A DNA stretch of 64,000 bases. Source: Lama glama (taxonomy: Eukaryota). The stretch spans positions 36,830,001-36,894,000 of the forward strand of contig CM052818.1 in NCBI GenBank assembly GCA_028534125.1, in the 5' to 3' direction. Below, one piece after another: positions 37,681 to 50,554 of this stretch. The notes under the pieces were generated by a model. It ran no database searches and was not told the origin of the DNA. It saw only the letters and a list, made by a program, of their open reading frames with translations. The number at the start of each line of letters is the position of its first letter. Position 1 is the first letter of the stretch. The translations under genes were made by a program, and so were the position numbers.

Positions 37681-38110
37681 ATATTAGTTAGGATAACTCT
37701 GGCTCTCGACAGGTACCATCTATATTTCAAAGGCTTAACACAATAAAGGTTTATTCCCTCCCTTGTGTAATAGTTACACCTGGGATGCAGTTGGCAGGTG
37801 ATCTTTTTCCAAATGGTGGTTCAGGAATCCAGCCATTTTCTGTCGTTAGACTCTACCACTGCCTAAGACTTCAGAGTCTTCTGCTTCCAGCAGGGAGAAA
37901 GGGAAAAGAAGAGTGAAGATGAAAACACTCCAGCTTGAAAGCGCTATTTATCTTTATCATGCACATTCCTTTGGGAAGAGTAGGGACACACCTAAATGCA
38001 AGGGAAGAGCTGGGAAATGCAGTCCCTGGCTTCACAGTGGCCTCCCAGAGACAGCTCCACACGATGGAAGGGGCAACATGAACTGGTGGACAGCTAGTTG
38101 TCACTGTCAC
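37681..38110 (-). mobile_element. MLT1J-like MaLR LTR
   Basis: tattagttaggata...ggcttaacacaataaaggtttatt...cacctaaatgcaagggaagagctgggaaatgcagtccctggct...ggtggacagctag. Confidence 0.8.
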
Positions 38111-39375
38111 TGTCTGTCCCCAGGATACCAAAAACCCAATGCACACCCTCCTTCTCACACTTTGAATGTCCTCACTTCTCCCCAAAGTTAAATTCATGCA
38201 TCCAGCTCAAGTTTGTGGGATTTAAACCAGCAGGTCTGGATATGGCTCATTGTGCCCTAGCAACCAATGAACCAAAAGACATGCCCTCTGCCCCCTCCTT
38301 CTAGCTACTCATGTAAATGGTGGAGCAGAGACAGCATCAGCACAGTGAGCCCTCCCAGTCACAAGAGGGAGGAATGGAAGACAGCAGACACTGGCCTATG
38401 GTGAGAACTCCTGTGCAGCTGTTGGGGGGGGGTGTCCCTTGATGAGCCCTGATTCTGCATTCGGGGAGAAACTCTTGTCCACTCATCCCATGGTTCCCAT
38501 TTTCTGGAAGGTATTTCTTTGTCCATCACCCTTTATCTGAACACATCTGAGTGGACACTGGGGGAGTGTTCCCTCCTTACTTGCATCTTCATGGTGCAAG
38601 TTGAAGGGGCTTGGGAATTGTTTAACAAACACAAGCTTTTTATAAAAGTCCAGGATTATGTTTCTTTGGTAATACAGTTTTGTCAAGAATTTAACAGGCT
38701 TCTGATGGACTTGCTGTTTACAGTTGCATGTGTCCATAACTTCACCCAGAGTTCTTTCCTAGATACAATTATTAAGCCAGCCTGATTTCTTATTTTTCTT
38801 CATTCTTCTGTCTCAGCAGGATGGCAGCTGTCTTGAGATCGTCTCAACCAATAGGCCTGGGTGGGAATCCTGCACTTACTCTTTGCTGCAGGATTGAGTC
38901 CTCCTGCTTCACTGAGAAATCTTCACGGACTTAGTTGCCCAAAGAACTTTTCAGTCTTTTCTGTTTAGGGGTGTAGCAGGTGGCAGTCTTTTCTTTTACT
39001 GTCTGGTGGTGTAGCAGGTGGGCCCTATTATCTGAATTGTCTCTATCCCCTTTCATTTTTTGCTTGCGAATCAGCCAGTGTTTCTTCTGAGTGCACATCT
39101 TTTTGTTACACCTTGTAAAATGCTGGGAGAAGCAACCAAGACACAGTAGCATTCTAGCTCTTTCCAACCATTCCCTCTAAGCTGTAGCTGAGTAGGTGAT
39201 TTGTCTGCCTCCCAATAATAGCAAGTGACAGTCTTGAATGCTTTGCCATCACATAACATGGGTCTTCTGCTTTCCAGCTTCTGATACCTTGAGCGTTACC
39301 ATCTGCTGCCCTGTCCGACCACTAAGGGGACAACATATATTTATATTTTTTGTTTTTGTGGCATGCCACTCGTTC
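38111..39375 (-). mobile_element. MaLR internal sequence (MLT1J-int-like), ~1.26 kb
   Basis: Contiguous with the LTR; motifs caggtctggatatggctc, aatggtggagcagagacag, gctttgccatcacataaca, ending ttttgtggcatgccact. Confidence 0.7.
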
Positions 39376-39949
39376 TGCTGTCTGACCCTGTGCCAGCTAA
39401 GCTGGCTTTCTCTGTGTCATTGTCCCTGACTGCTCTGGACCACACTCCTCTCTCCCTTCTGAAGCTCCTCTGTCTGAACCCAAGTTTCTGGGCTCATTGT
39501 GGTATTTCAAATGCTCTTGGCATTTTTGTGATGCATTTCATTTGATTATTAGCCACAAATTATAGGTAATTTTTCAATTGATTTTTGCTACTTACAACGT
39601 GTGTCATTAATTAATGCTCTAGCTAAGCTATTGCATTCTGAAAATGAGGGTGGGCACAGACTCTGAGTGTGAGCAGTTCATGACCGCCCAGTTCTGACCG
39701 GTCGAATTTCCATGGGGACTGATTGATTTTAACATCAGTCAGGGAGACACATTCATACGGAGACAGGTTGCAGCAACCATTCTTATGGTGAAATCAAGGG
39801 GTGCATATTTTCTATGTCATGGTGTACATGATAGTATTAACATATTTTTTTTCTAGGTAAAGAATTGAGCATGTCCAATTCAATGGCTAAAATGTCACTA
39901 AACATAAAATAAAACATTTGTATTCTTTGGTTATCATGGACCACCTTTT

Positions 39950-40302
39950 GGTAAGTGGTATATATTTAAGGTGTATGACGTGATGTTTTTATAAACATAT
40001 ACACTGTGAAATGATAGCCACAATCAATCTGATTTTAACACATCCATCACTTCACCTCGTTACATTTTTTTGTGTCTATGTGGTGAGAACACTTCAGATC
40101 TATTCTCTTAGCAAACTTCAAATATATAATACAGTATTATTAAAATAGTTACCAGATTATACATTAGGTCCCCAAAACTTATTCATCTTATAACTGAAAG
40201 TTCATACTCTTTGACCACCATTTCTCCCTTTTCCTACCCTACAACCTCTGGCAACCACAACTCTACTCTCTGCTCCTATCAGTTCAACTTTCAGTGTTCA
40301 CA
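39950..40302 (-). mobile_element. L1MA8/9-type LINE-1 3' end
   Basis: tatatttaaggtgtatgacgtgatg...gtggtgagaacact...tctcttagcaaa...cttattcatcttataactgaaag...ctctggcaaccac. Confidence 0.9.
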
Positions 40303-40459
40303 TTTAGGGGTTAGGCCAGGAGGGTGTTCAGTGAAGTCTAGCTTTACAGTAGAACTTCATATGCTCTTGGAGTCCTCCTTAGTTTAACTAACCAATATCC
40401 AAAGTCTGTTGAGATGGAATTTTCATTGGTGACTAGATTTATGAAAAGATGGAAAGTTC

Positions 40460-40869
40460 TGTATTGGTCGGGATAGGCTATGCTATGCTGTGGTGATATT
40501 ACTAACCCTCAAGTTTCAGTGACTTGACCTAAAAAAGGTCTATTTTTCTCTTTGCTTCACTCTTTGATGTGAGTGGAAAGGCTCTTCTGGGAGCTCTGCC
40601 TCAAGGGATGACCAAGGTACTCAGACTTCTATCTCAACATGCTGCTGTTCTCAATATGTGGCCTTCGTGGTTACTGTGGAAGGGGAAAGGAGAATGTGGA
40701 CAGTTGTTGGAGTTTTATGGCTGAGACTGAAAATCCTATGTATGATTTCTGCCCACAGCCCATATCACCTGGCCACCATGGAACTGCAAGGAAGTCTGGG
40801 AAATGTAGTCTTCCTGTGGGTCTAGAAAGGGGAAATGAGATTGGTGAATATTTAGCCAGTTTCTACTTT
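40460..40869 (-). mobile_element. MLT1J/L-like MaLR LTR
   Basis: tgtattggtcgggataggctatgctatgctgtg...aactgcaaggaagtctgggaaatgtagtctt...ttggtgaatatttagccagt. Confidence 0.8.
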
Positions 40870-41602
40870 GGAAACATAATGGTATCCCTTTAAATGTGAG
40901 GTGAGGAGAGGGTACAAGGCTGAGGGAACAGGAAGGGAGGACAGTATATGCCAACAGTGGAGTCCATTGGCCGGTGGGAGTGGTTTGAGGTTGAGTGTGA
41001 GGAAGCGGGAAGGAGTTTTTGTGCCGAGCTTCTGGTAGGAAGGGAGAGGGTTGCTTTTGCCTGGAGTGGAGAGGAGACTGAAGAGTCTATTGCATATAAA
41101 CCCTTGCTCATGCCTCTCTTCTGACCCCATTTATATTTATTTCCCCATATGAGAAATTGGTCTTCACACTGACATCATTTTGAGCCTGCAAAGCGGCAGT
41201 CTCAAGACCATAAGAATGTAGAGATAGATTCAAATGGTTTGCTGGGCATGTTTTGTCTGCAGCATATGTAGGGTTAAGATTTTTTGCCTCCTTTGGGTAA
41301 ATCAGTACTCCATTTTAGTTTTTAGAAGGTTCAGGAAAAGTGTCAGGCCATCTTTGCTGAGCTTAAGTTTTCTCATCTAATTGCACTATTAAATCAGCCT
41401 TCACCAATCAAGGCCTCCTAGGATTGAGGATGAAAAATCTTTTCCTCTTGATAATATGAATTAATGGTTAATAAAATACATCCTTTTTTATTTTCCAAGG
41501 TGAATGCATTGTGGCTGCCTGCACAGAGCACTCTGAAATGGAAATGGGGCTCTTTGGTCATTATTTGGTGAACTTGAGTCTTTCTGATAACTAAAAGGAT
41601 AT

Positions 41603-42404
41603 TTGGCCAATAAACACATGAAAAGATGCTCCACATGGCTAATCATTAGGGAATTGCAAATCAAAACCACAGTGAGGTATCATGTCAAACACATTAGGGT
41701 AGCTATTATAAAAACAAAAACAGAGTGTTGGTGACGATGTGGAGAAATTGGTACCCTTATGCACTGCCGGTGCTAAAAATGGTGTAGCCACTCTGGAAAA
41801 TGGTATGGAAGTTCCTCATAAAAGTAAAAGTAGAATTACCATATGATCCAGCAATTCTACATCTGGGTATATACCTAAAAGACTTGAAAACAGAGACTTT
41901 CACAGATATTTATACACCCATGTAATGACAGTGTTATTCACAATAGCTGAAAGGTGGAAGAAACCCAAGCACCCTTTGAAGATGAATTGATAAACAAAAT
42001 GTAGCACATACATATATTGGAACATTATTCAGCCTTAAAAAAGGATAGTCTGACACATGGTACACCACTGATGAATCTTGACGAAGACATTATACTAAGT
42101 GAAATTAGCCAGTCACCAAAGGAAAAATACTGTATGATTCCACTAATACAAGGTACCTAGAGTTGTCACATTAATAGAGACAGAGAGTAGAATGGTGGCT
42201 GCCAGGGACCACAGGAGGGGGAAGTAGGGAGTTAGTATTAATTGGGTACCAAGTTTCAGTTTGACAAGATGAAGAATGTTCTGGATATAGATGGTGATGG
42301 TTTCACAGCAATGTAAATGTACTTAACGTCATTGAACTCTATACTTCAAAATGGTCAAAATTGTAACTTTTATGTTTTATGTGTTCTACCATAAGTAAAA
42401 AAAA
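41603..42404 (+). mobile_element. L1MB2/3-type LINE-1 3' end including ORF2 C-terminal remnant
   Basis: Plus frame reads ANKHMKRCSTWLIIRELQIKTTVRYH (L1 ORF2 C-terminus), then ttaccatatgatccagcaatt, the 3' UTR and an A tail. Confidence 0.95.
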
Positions 42405-42467
42405 TTTGTACTCATTTTCCATCATCCAACATTTGTGGAGCCAGGGAGAGGTGGGTTCTGGGTGAGG

Positions 42468-43015
42468 ATGGCTGAGTGAGGCTGTAGTGCAGCTGCAGTC
42501 CGTGTTTGGCTGGCACCCACACAGTAAGCTACCCATCGCTAAACAGGGCTCAGCTTTTTTCTGCCTCCATCAGCAGTCCTAAGGGATCCCTCCTGCTGCC
42601 ACAGATATGGGTTGGTAGAGAGGTGCCGGTCAATAAGAGTGGACAGCTGTAGTTTGAGCTATCTGCTCCTGCAGCTTACTAGTGCCCTATGGCTCTGTTT
42701 GTGCCCTGCCCCAAATGCAGAGCCCTGATCTTAGTAAGGATTATTGCTGGGCTCTCTTATGACTTGATGGATCTGACGGAACCAGTCTATGGTGGGTAAT
42801 TCTGCACACACGGTCTTCTTGATGCCCCAGGATCAGATTCTTTATTTCTGCTAGGGCCCAGGATTCTGCCGGAAGCTCCTTTTTGAGCGGTGTATAGTTC
42901 TCTGTTACAGAGGGCACGGCCTTGCTCCAGAACTCCAGGGCACCAGGCTGGGATTCCTCTGTCGGAGTTTGCTGTAAACACCACAAGGCGTCTTTTTCCT
43001 GCGCTCTAACAAAGT
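42468..43015 (-). mobile_element. pol: ERVL-class endogenous retrovirus pol fragment (RT connection / RNase H region), degenerate
   Basis: ORF 42741..43025 DALWCLQQTPTEESQPGALEFWSKAVPSVTENYTPLKKELPAESWALAE...SDPSSHKRAQQ matches recalled ERVL Pol DAVWSLWQ..ESQ..PLGFWSK.LPS...NY.PFE.QLLA.YWAL.E...LSDPSSHK..AQQ; continues across stops and frameshifts with GTSKLQEQIAQ, FSDG, TAAALQPHS. Confidence 0.9.
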
Positions 43016-43049
43016 GGTAAATCAAGACATGTGAAGGTACATATCAGAA

Positions 43050-43220
43050 CAAAGAGGCAGAAGATATGAGAGTGTTGTCGCTTGAGATCAGGACTGGTGG
43101 ATGAGGGGAGAGACGGAAGGAGGTTTCCGCCTCCCTTTTAAATGTTAGCTCTATGTGACTTTTATTTAGACTAGGTGCATGTTATTTTGATATAAACAAG
43201 CATTTGGTAAAAATAAATAT
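43050..43220 (+). mobile_element. L1ME3/4-type 3' terminal fragment
   Basis: ctatgtgactttt...gactaggtgcatgttattttgatataaa...aaaaataaat. Confidence 0.45.
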
Positions 43221-45136
43221 TATAATCACTTTTTCCCTGTGATCTAGACATTCATGCATTCGTGCGAGCCTTTATTCATTTGTTTAGTCATTCCATAAAT
43301 ATTTCTTCAGCTCCCTCCTCCTCTGGGGCAGAAATTGGTCTGGGGCTGGGGGTGGGGAGGCAAAGGATCGTGGTCTCTTGCCTTCGCGTATTTTGAGGCT
43401 TAATTGGAGAACAGGCAACCCAAGATGATCCGTGCTGTAACAGCACTGAGAATGGAGTCACTAGCCCTGGGGAATTTTCTCCTGGAGCCTCCTAGACGAG
43501 CACCTCCACCCCTAGTCTTCACTCAGGCCAACTTAAATACGTAAATCCTGCGGTTGGAGGGCCTAGGTAGCTTCCTGGGTTGGTGTCTTGTGAATTCGCG
43601 CTGAGCTGGGAGCCACCCAGGGGCACTGTCCGGACCTGTCCTCAGATCCAGGTGCTTGTGATCTCTTGCTCTCCGTCTGAGCCAGGGGTGGGGAAGAGGC
43701 CCAGGTAGGAGAGAAAGGAGAAGATGAGACAAGAAGGAAGGGCCGTGTTGAGAGGGAGGATGCGAGGGAGCGATGTAACTGACAGAGGCTACCAAGGAGA
43801 GACTGCCAGGGAGGGAAAAAGGGACTTCTGTTTAGACATTGTTTTCAAATACCATTGAAGTGATTTCTTGTTTTTATTTTCCATCTTGATGGAAATTTCG
43901 TTATTTTTACACTGTCATGGAACAAATGGAACTGTGACTTAGAGATCACAATGTATATAGCTGTTTTGATGTACTTTTGACAGTTCTATCACATTTCTGA
44001 CAGGCACGATTTTTTCTCCCCTGGGATAGTGGGTGTGGGGAGACAGGCTGCCCAGATGTTCTGCGTTTGTCAGGACTGTGTCCACGTGTGCAGCCTTGCC
44101 AGGGCATGGGAAAGCTAGTGAAAGGCCGGCCCCAGGCCTTGGGAACCCAAAGAGCAAGGGCTTGGCTTCTAGGAAGGGGCGAGGGGGCAATGAGCTGGAG
44201 GCAGAGATGGGTTCTTGGAGCCCTGCAGTGGTCAACATCAGCCTCTCAGTTGAAATCCAAGTCCAACACTGCAAAAATCACATCAGTCACGGAAGAGGAG
44301 GAAGCAGGGGAGCCAAGTGGGAGGTGCCGTGGCAGGCTCTGCGTGGAGATGTGAAGTAAGCAGGCTGGCGGCCAGCAGGGAGGTCTGGGGTTCCAGCACT
44401 CTCTGTCTGCACATAGGTGCCCTCCGTATCCTGGTTTCCCTTGATTCCTATGGAATGAGCAAGCGTGAGGCCTGGAGCAGGTTGGGGTAGAGGAGTAGGG
44501 GTGGGTGGGGGGCCTTTGGGCAGAAAAGTTTGCTTGTTGAATGAATGCATGCATGAGTGAATGGACTGCGGTCAGGCAGCAGCCCTTCTCTAGAGAAAAG
44601 TTTGTCCAGCTTGATCTCCACTGGTTTTACATCTCATACTCTGTGTTCTAAATCCTTCACACAGCCTCCTGACCTGTGAGTTGGCGCCCGAAGCCTTGTA
44701 ACATCTCTCTAGATGCCAGGATCCAATAGGTTTTCCAAGGTGCCTGGAAGGAGAACCCATCATCAGTTGTTGCCAAAACAGTTGATGTTCAACCCAGAGG
44801 AAATCCAAGCCTGGACTAGTCCATTCTGTGAGGTCTTTACGAAGGATGAGAAGGGAGTGGGTGAGAAATGGCTTCTGGATCTAAAGGATCATTTCTGTTG
44901 TCCATGATATGAAGTTAACTTTAGTCATCTGTCCTTATTGTCTGGCTCTTATGGAGAGGTCATGCTGTGGCTTGTGGAAATCATGTTACGAGCTGGAAGT
45001 GGTTTCCACTTATTTATATCCACATGACATATACTGGACACCTGTCAAGTACCAAGCACCATGTTTAGGGTTCTACAGGGTTTACACAAGACAGTCAATT
45101 CAGGACACGTGCTAAGACCCGCTCTTCTCCTAAAGG

Positions 45137-45300
45137 GAGGCACGGAGGAGTGGTGGATTGTCTAGACGCTAGAGCCAGACGACTTGGCTTCAAGTCCTGG
45201 CTCTGACTCGTGCTGGCCATCTGTCCCTGGGAGAGTTACTTAAGTCCTCTGTGCCTTGTTTTCCTCAACGCAAAGAGTCATTTTCCTACCATATGGGGCT
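45137..45300 (+). mobile_element. MIR 5' part, interrupted by L1ME (apparently resumes at ~45965-46030)
   Basis: ctagagccagacgacttggcttcaagtcctggctctg...gttacttaagtcctctgtgccttgttttcctca. Confidence 0.8.
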
Positions 45301-45307
45301 TTAATCT

Positions 45308-45960
45308 TTTAAAAAAACTTTTAATCGAACATAACATACATACAGAAAATGGCACACATGTAACTGTTTGGCAGACTGAATTTTTCACAGAGCGAACACA
45401 CTCATAAAACCAGCACTAAGTTCAAGAAACTGATCGTCACCCCTATCTCAGAAACCTCCCTCATGCTTCCGCAGAGCAGGAGAGGATACGCCAGTCCCCA
45501 ACCCAAGGGTAGCCACCAACCTGACTTCTAACTCCTTAGGTTGGCTGACTGTGCCCGTTTGTGACCTTGGCGTTGATGGGATTGTGCAGTATGTGGTCTT
45601 CTGTGCTGTTTCCTTCTCCTGGCATGTTTGTGAGACTCCTCCACACTGCTGTGTGTCCTTGCACTTACTCATTCCCGTTTAATTTGGGAGGGTTCTGGGA
45701 CGGCCGTGCTGTGACTGTACACATCTTTGGGGCACATACAGACGTGTTCCTGTACCTAGGAGTGGAATGGCTGGGCTACGAGGTGTATGCATGTTCCTTG
45801 CGGTAGATCCTACTGAACAGTTAACCACAGTGGTTGTACAACTCGCAGTGACGGGGATCTTCAGCTGCCCCATGTCCACGTCAACACTTGTGATTTTCAT
45901 TGTAGCTCTCCTGGGGGGTGCATAGGGGTGCTGCACTGGGGATCCAGTTTACACATCACG
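45308..45960 (-). mobile_element. L1ME1/2-type LINE-1 3' end
   Basis: aacatacatacagaaaatggcaca...gaatttttcacagagcgaacaca...ccaccaacctgacttcta...tacctaggagtggaatggctggg. Confidence 0.85.
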
Positions 45961-46717
45961 CATCTGAATAATTAGATACGTCGATGTACAAAGAGCCCTC
46001 AGTGCCTGTGCAGGGGGAGTACGTGCCATCCTTCACCCAAGCTCATTAGGTGCCTTGAGGTCAGGATGTCCCTGAGGACTCGCAGTACACAGGTCCTGAT
46101 TCCCTTCTTCCAGCACGAGCTGTGGTGTCTGGGGTTTGAGGTTGTCAGTGATGGCAGCTGAGATTCTCAGAAGAGTCTGGAATCCCCAGGGACTGAGTGA
46201 TGAGACAGACACTTTGCTTGCTAGAGTCTCTTAACGATTGGCAGCCCCGGGAGGGATTTCTTCCCTGACGGCCCACCTGGCTCCAACTACGAACTGGTCA
46301 GGAGGGTGCTGGAGCTGGTGCAAGTTAAGATTTATGGTTTTCTCCTACCACGATGCTCCAAGCTCAAGTCAGCATGAAGCACTGGGTGTTGGAGTTTAAG
46401 CTCATCAGCACCCTAAAGGTGCCACTCAGACACCAGGGTTGGGGAAGGGCAGGGAGAGGGCACCGGGTTTCTGTGGAGAAGGTCACCCTGGGAACTGAAA
46501 TGGCAGTCTGCTTGCCTGTAGTCCTTCTTCCTCAGATTTTAAAGACATCCTTCATCCATGCATGCAACCAGCAGCCAAGGCTGGTCTGTATTCCCTTCTA
46601 ATTCCTTCCATCCATTCTCCCAGCCTCTGCCTTGGATCAGGCTGAGATGGCCTTGTGCCTGGACTCTTGGGACAGCTTCCAACTGCTTCCAGAGAGCTCC
46701 CTCCAAGAGAACCTGAC

Positions 46718-47111
46718 TGTATTGGTTTGCTAGGGCCATCTAACAAACTTTTAGTGCCACAGATGGGGGGCTTAAACGGCAGAAGTTTATTTTCTCACAG
46801 TTCTGGAGCCTGGAAGTCCAAAATCAAGGGCTGGCCAGGACTGGTTTCTTCTAAGGCCTCCCGTCTTGGCTTGCAGATGGCTGCCCCTCTCTGAGCCCTC
46901 ACATGGTCCTCCCCTTGTGCCTCTGTGTCCTGATATCCTCTTCTTAGCAAGGCATCAGTGCTATTGGTTGATGGCCCACTCATATGACTTCATTTTACCC
47001 TCATCACCTCTTCAAAGGTCTTATTTCCAACGCAGTCACATTCTGAGGTCCTAGTGATTAGAACTTCAACATACGAATTTTAGGGGTGGGGAATACAATT
47101 CAGTCCTAACA
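46718..47111 (-). mobile_element. MLT1A0-like MaLR solo LTR, full length
   Basis: tgtattggtttgctagggc ... cagtcacattctgaggtcctagtgattagaacttcaacatacgaattt...caattcagtcctaaca; flanks ctgac/cagac form a 5 bp TSD with one mismatch. Confidence 0.92.
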
Positions 47112-47149
47112 CAGACCATGCATTTTTTCTGCCTGTGACACATGCAGGT

Positions 47150-47510
47150 CACATCTTCCCAAACATAATTTTTATCTGACTTTCTTACCTTGGCTTGCAC
47201 TGTTCTCCTGGCTTTAGAGTCTCCCCTTAATCTTTGTGTCTCAGAGCCTCCAGTTCAGTCCTCACCTCCACCAGAAAGCCTTCCATCCCCATAGACCGTT
47301 GTCCTTGCTCTCCTAGAGTGTTTTCCATCTGGTTCACTAGACTGAATGCCTAATCCCGGTTTTCTCCTGCCCGCTGTTGTTTCACAGAGCGTGGTGTGCC
47401 TCCTCCATTTGACTGTGTGCTCCTTGAGGACAAAACTCATGTTTCTCTTTCACCTGCGTCTGTTTCATGTCAGGTGTGCAGCTGGTGACAAATAATGTTG
47501 ATGACTGATT
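47150..47510 (+). mobile_element. L2 3' fragment
   Basis: gactgtgtgctccttgaggacaaaactcatgt...aataatgttgatgactga. Confidence 0.6.
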
Positions 47511-48849
47511 AAAAACTGCCCTTGCCTGTGCCCTGTGAGGAGCTCCTTAAACGCTGAACAAAATACTTCTCCGGTGGGCGTGGGGTGGGGGTGTGCTGTC
47601 ATCCCGAACAGCCTCAGGAGCCTGTGGCAAAGGCATTCTCACTTTAAGAGGCAGTGAATTCAGGAACCTGGGAAAGGTTTAAACATGAGTCTTAAATTAT
47701 TTGCTCAGCTTTGATTTTTATTTTACAAGATGCTGGGGCAGTGCTGGGAGCTATTTGCAGAAGGGGTGCGTCAGAGAGATGAAGAGAGACTGGGAGTGGA
47801 TTTACCTAGATGTTGCCGCACAGAGAAATATGTGCACTGGCAGGGGCCTCTCTGATTCTGAGGCAGAAAGAACCCCAGTTTCTGCCCCTGGGCTCACTGG
47901 AGGGAGATTTGATTTCTGGTTTCGGTGTTTTTGTCGTTCTGCCGGGGATGCATTGAGCTAAGCCACGGTTGAGAACGGCCCCTTCGAGGAAGCAAAGGAA
48001 GATCAGCTATTTATAGGCTGAAGCCAGACGCGACCCACCTTTTCAGCCTGTAATTTACAGCATACGATGAGAAAATGAACTTCTATTGCCGCAAGAATGT
48101 GAAAGGACAGGAGACCAATTTTTCAGCAGCTTGGGGTTTGGCTTATGTGCTTATGAAAAGTCTGTGAAAATGGTCACTTTGCTTTGCCAGACATCTCTTC
48201 CCCTGGTCCAGAGTCATCGATGCAAAGGGTGCCCCTGTCCTGTCTCTCTCTCTCTCAGGGACTGCTGGCATCTTCACAGCTGCATGGGTGGTGGAGGGAG
48301 GGATAGTCTGTACCAGGGAGGGGAAAAAAGAGGGACAGGAAGAAATGAGCAGGGATATGGTGTCTTATGATTTAAGACAGCCCTCTGGGTTTTACAAAGC
48401 AGTGTGTGTAGCATCCAAGAAGCGGCCTCCCTGGAGTTTGACCATGATCTTGGCTATTGTGTGGGCTAGAGCTCCTGGCCTGAGTCAGAGTCCTTGAGGA
48501 AGCTCAGAGATTGATGATAACTTTCCATCCCTCAACAGACTATATTTCTGGAGCTCTCTAGAGAATATGCAAAGTTCATTGTATGCCCATTCAAGTAATA
48601 AACTTTTATCAAGTGTCTATTATAGGCGAGGTATAGAGGTGAATAGGACACACGTGGTCCCTGCTCTGAATTTAGAGGGAGACTGTCACCCTTCCAGGCC
48701 TCCCAGGTTCCATCCACCGTAAAACCATGGCATTCACCAGGCTGCTCACCAAGGAAGCCTGCAGGCTGTACCCACATCCATGCTGGCTCCTGCACTAAAC
48801 CCTTGCCTTCTAAACTTGCATTTCTGACATAAACCCATGATGCAAAATA

Positions 48850-49165
48850 AGGTTGTCAGGGAGGTTGTTGGAAGGGGATGACAAGAGAAGAGGACAGAAA
48901 CTTGGGAAAACCAGCAGATGAAGTCAAACATGTAAAAGAAACAGTGAATGAGCAGAAAGAGAAATGGGAAACTAGCATCATGGAAGGATAGTTATCAGAA
49001 AGTTTCAAGCAGAGTGTAACCAATAGTTTTAAAAGCAGAAGCATAAAGATTTGGTAGCTGGGAGGTCGTCGGTTACTGTTGGGGGCAACTCTTTCAGAGG
49101 AGGGCTGGGAGTAGAGGCAGTTGGTTGAAAAGTGGATAGGAAGTGAGGAAGTATAGTGAGGTCTC
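48850..49165 (-). mobile_element. L2 fragment
   Basis: Purine-rich: aaagtttcaag...gatttggtagctgggaggtcgtcggttac...ggaagtgaggaagt. Confidence 0.55.
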
Positions 49166-50390
49166 TCTATAGATGCTCATTAGATCAAGTTTTTAATTAT
49201 GTTATTCAAATCTTCTATGCCTTTGCTAGTTTATGTTCTCCTTAATGCATTAATTATTGGGAGACTGCTAAAATTATTGAGGGGTGCTAAATTTTCCTAT
49301 TGTGATTGCTGGTTTGTCAATTTCACTATAATTTCATGTATGAATATATGGCAATTCTGTCAGTCTTTGCTTTACATATTTTGCAGTTGTGTTTTTAGAT
49401 GTGACCGGTGTTAGTATTGAGATATCTTCCTGAGAAATCTTTTTTTGTTTTGTTTTGTTAATGGGTAGTGAGCATCTTTGTCTGTAATAATGCTTTTCCC
49501 TTGAAACTTAATTTTATCAGGCCTCTTTTGGTTGGTGGTTGTCTGGGATATCTTTTCTCCATCTTTTTACATGCAGTAGCTGTCTTTTGTTTGAAGCATG
49601 CTTCTTGTAAACAACATGTAACTAGATTTAGTTTTTCTATCCAGTCTTACGATCTGGGTTTTAATGGCTGAGCTCAATTCATTCAGTTTCTTGTGATGAC
49701 TGATTATTTGGATTTATTCTTTTTTTTTTTCCTTTTGCTATGATTTCTCCTCTCCCTTCCTAAGTTCTGTGGATGGAAAGCATTTTCTTTATTCTTCCTT
49801 AGCCCTTCTACATATTTGAAAGTTACATATCCTTTTCTCATTTTTTATTTTATTTTATTTTTTATTATTATTCTTTTGTGTATACATATATATTTATTGA
49901 AGTATAGTTAGTTTATAATGTTGTGTCAATTTCCAGTGTACAACATAATGCTTCAATCATACATGGACATGCATATATTCATTTTCATATTCTTTATATT
50001 GTTTCTTTTGTCCAGTATTTGTAGTTCCATCTTGATTTTTATGGTCCCCAAATTAATCCTGATTTTTATCATTTATATGGTTATTGTTTAGGTTTATACA
50101 CATGCTTACTCATTTCTTTTTACATCTTGCTCCTCTGGCTTCTGTTCCCATTTTCTTAATTTTCATCCTTTATATTTGGAGGAAGAAAATTATTCTTTCA
50201 GCAAAAGTGTATTAGTGGTATGTTCTTTCAACCTTTACTCTTATTCTTCAGTGATAACTTAGCAGAGTATGGAATTCTGAGTAGATCATTAATTTTTTTT
50301 AAGGTCTTTGAAAATAATATTCTTTTGTCTTCAGTCTTCTGTTGGGGCTGTTAAGATGTTTGCTGATACTCTTCGCAGGTAATGTGAACT
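49165..50390 (-). mobile_element. Ancient L1M (L1ME-like) internal fragment around the ORF1/ORF2 junction
   Basis: cattagatcaagtt...gttattcaaatcttctat...gtttgtcaattt...ttgctttacatattttg...cttgtaaacaacatgta...gagtatggaattctga. Confidence 0.75.
49840..49995 (-). mobile_element. Young cetartiodactyl (camelid-like) L1 3' terminus nested in the L1M
   Basis: T tail then tattgaagtatagttagtttataatgttgtgtcaatttccagtgtacaacataatg...atatattcattttcatattc. Confidence 0.85.
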
Positions 50391-50554
50391 TTTCAACTGT
50401 CATTGTCTCATGATCGTACAAACTGACCCCCAAATGCTGTTTTTCATCAACGTTCCAAGAACATCACCCTGAATTTTACATGATTGAAAAAGTTTTTCAA
50501 CTTTTCAAACTTACTGAGATTAGGACTCTACTTATTGGATTATGGCAGAGTTCT

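Noticed and set aside
41418..41670. Minus ORFs MVLICNSLMISHVEHLFMCLLA / MWSIFSCVYWP
   Set aside because: Antisense reading of the L1 ORF2 remnant, a common spurious peptide.
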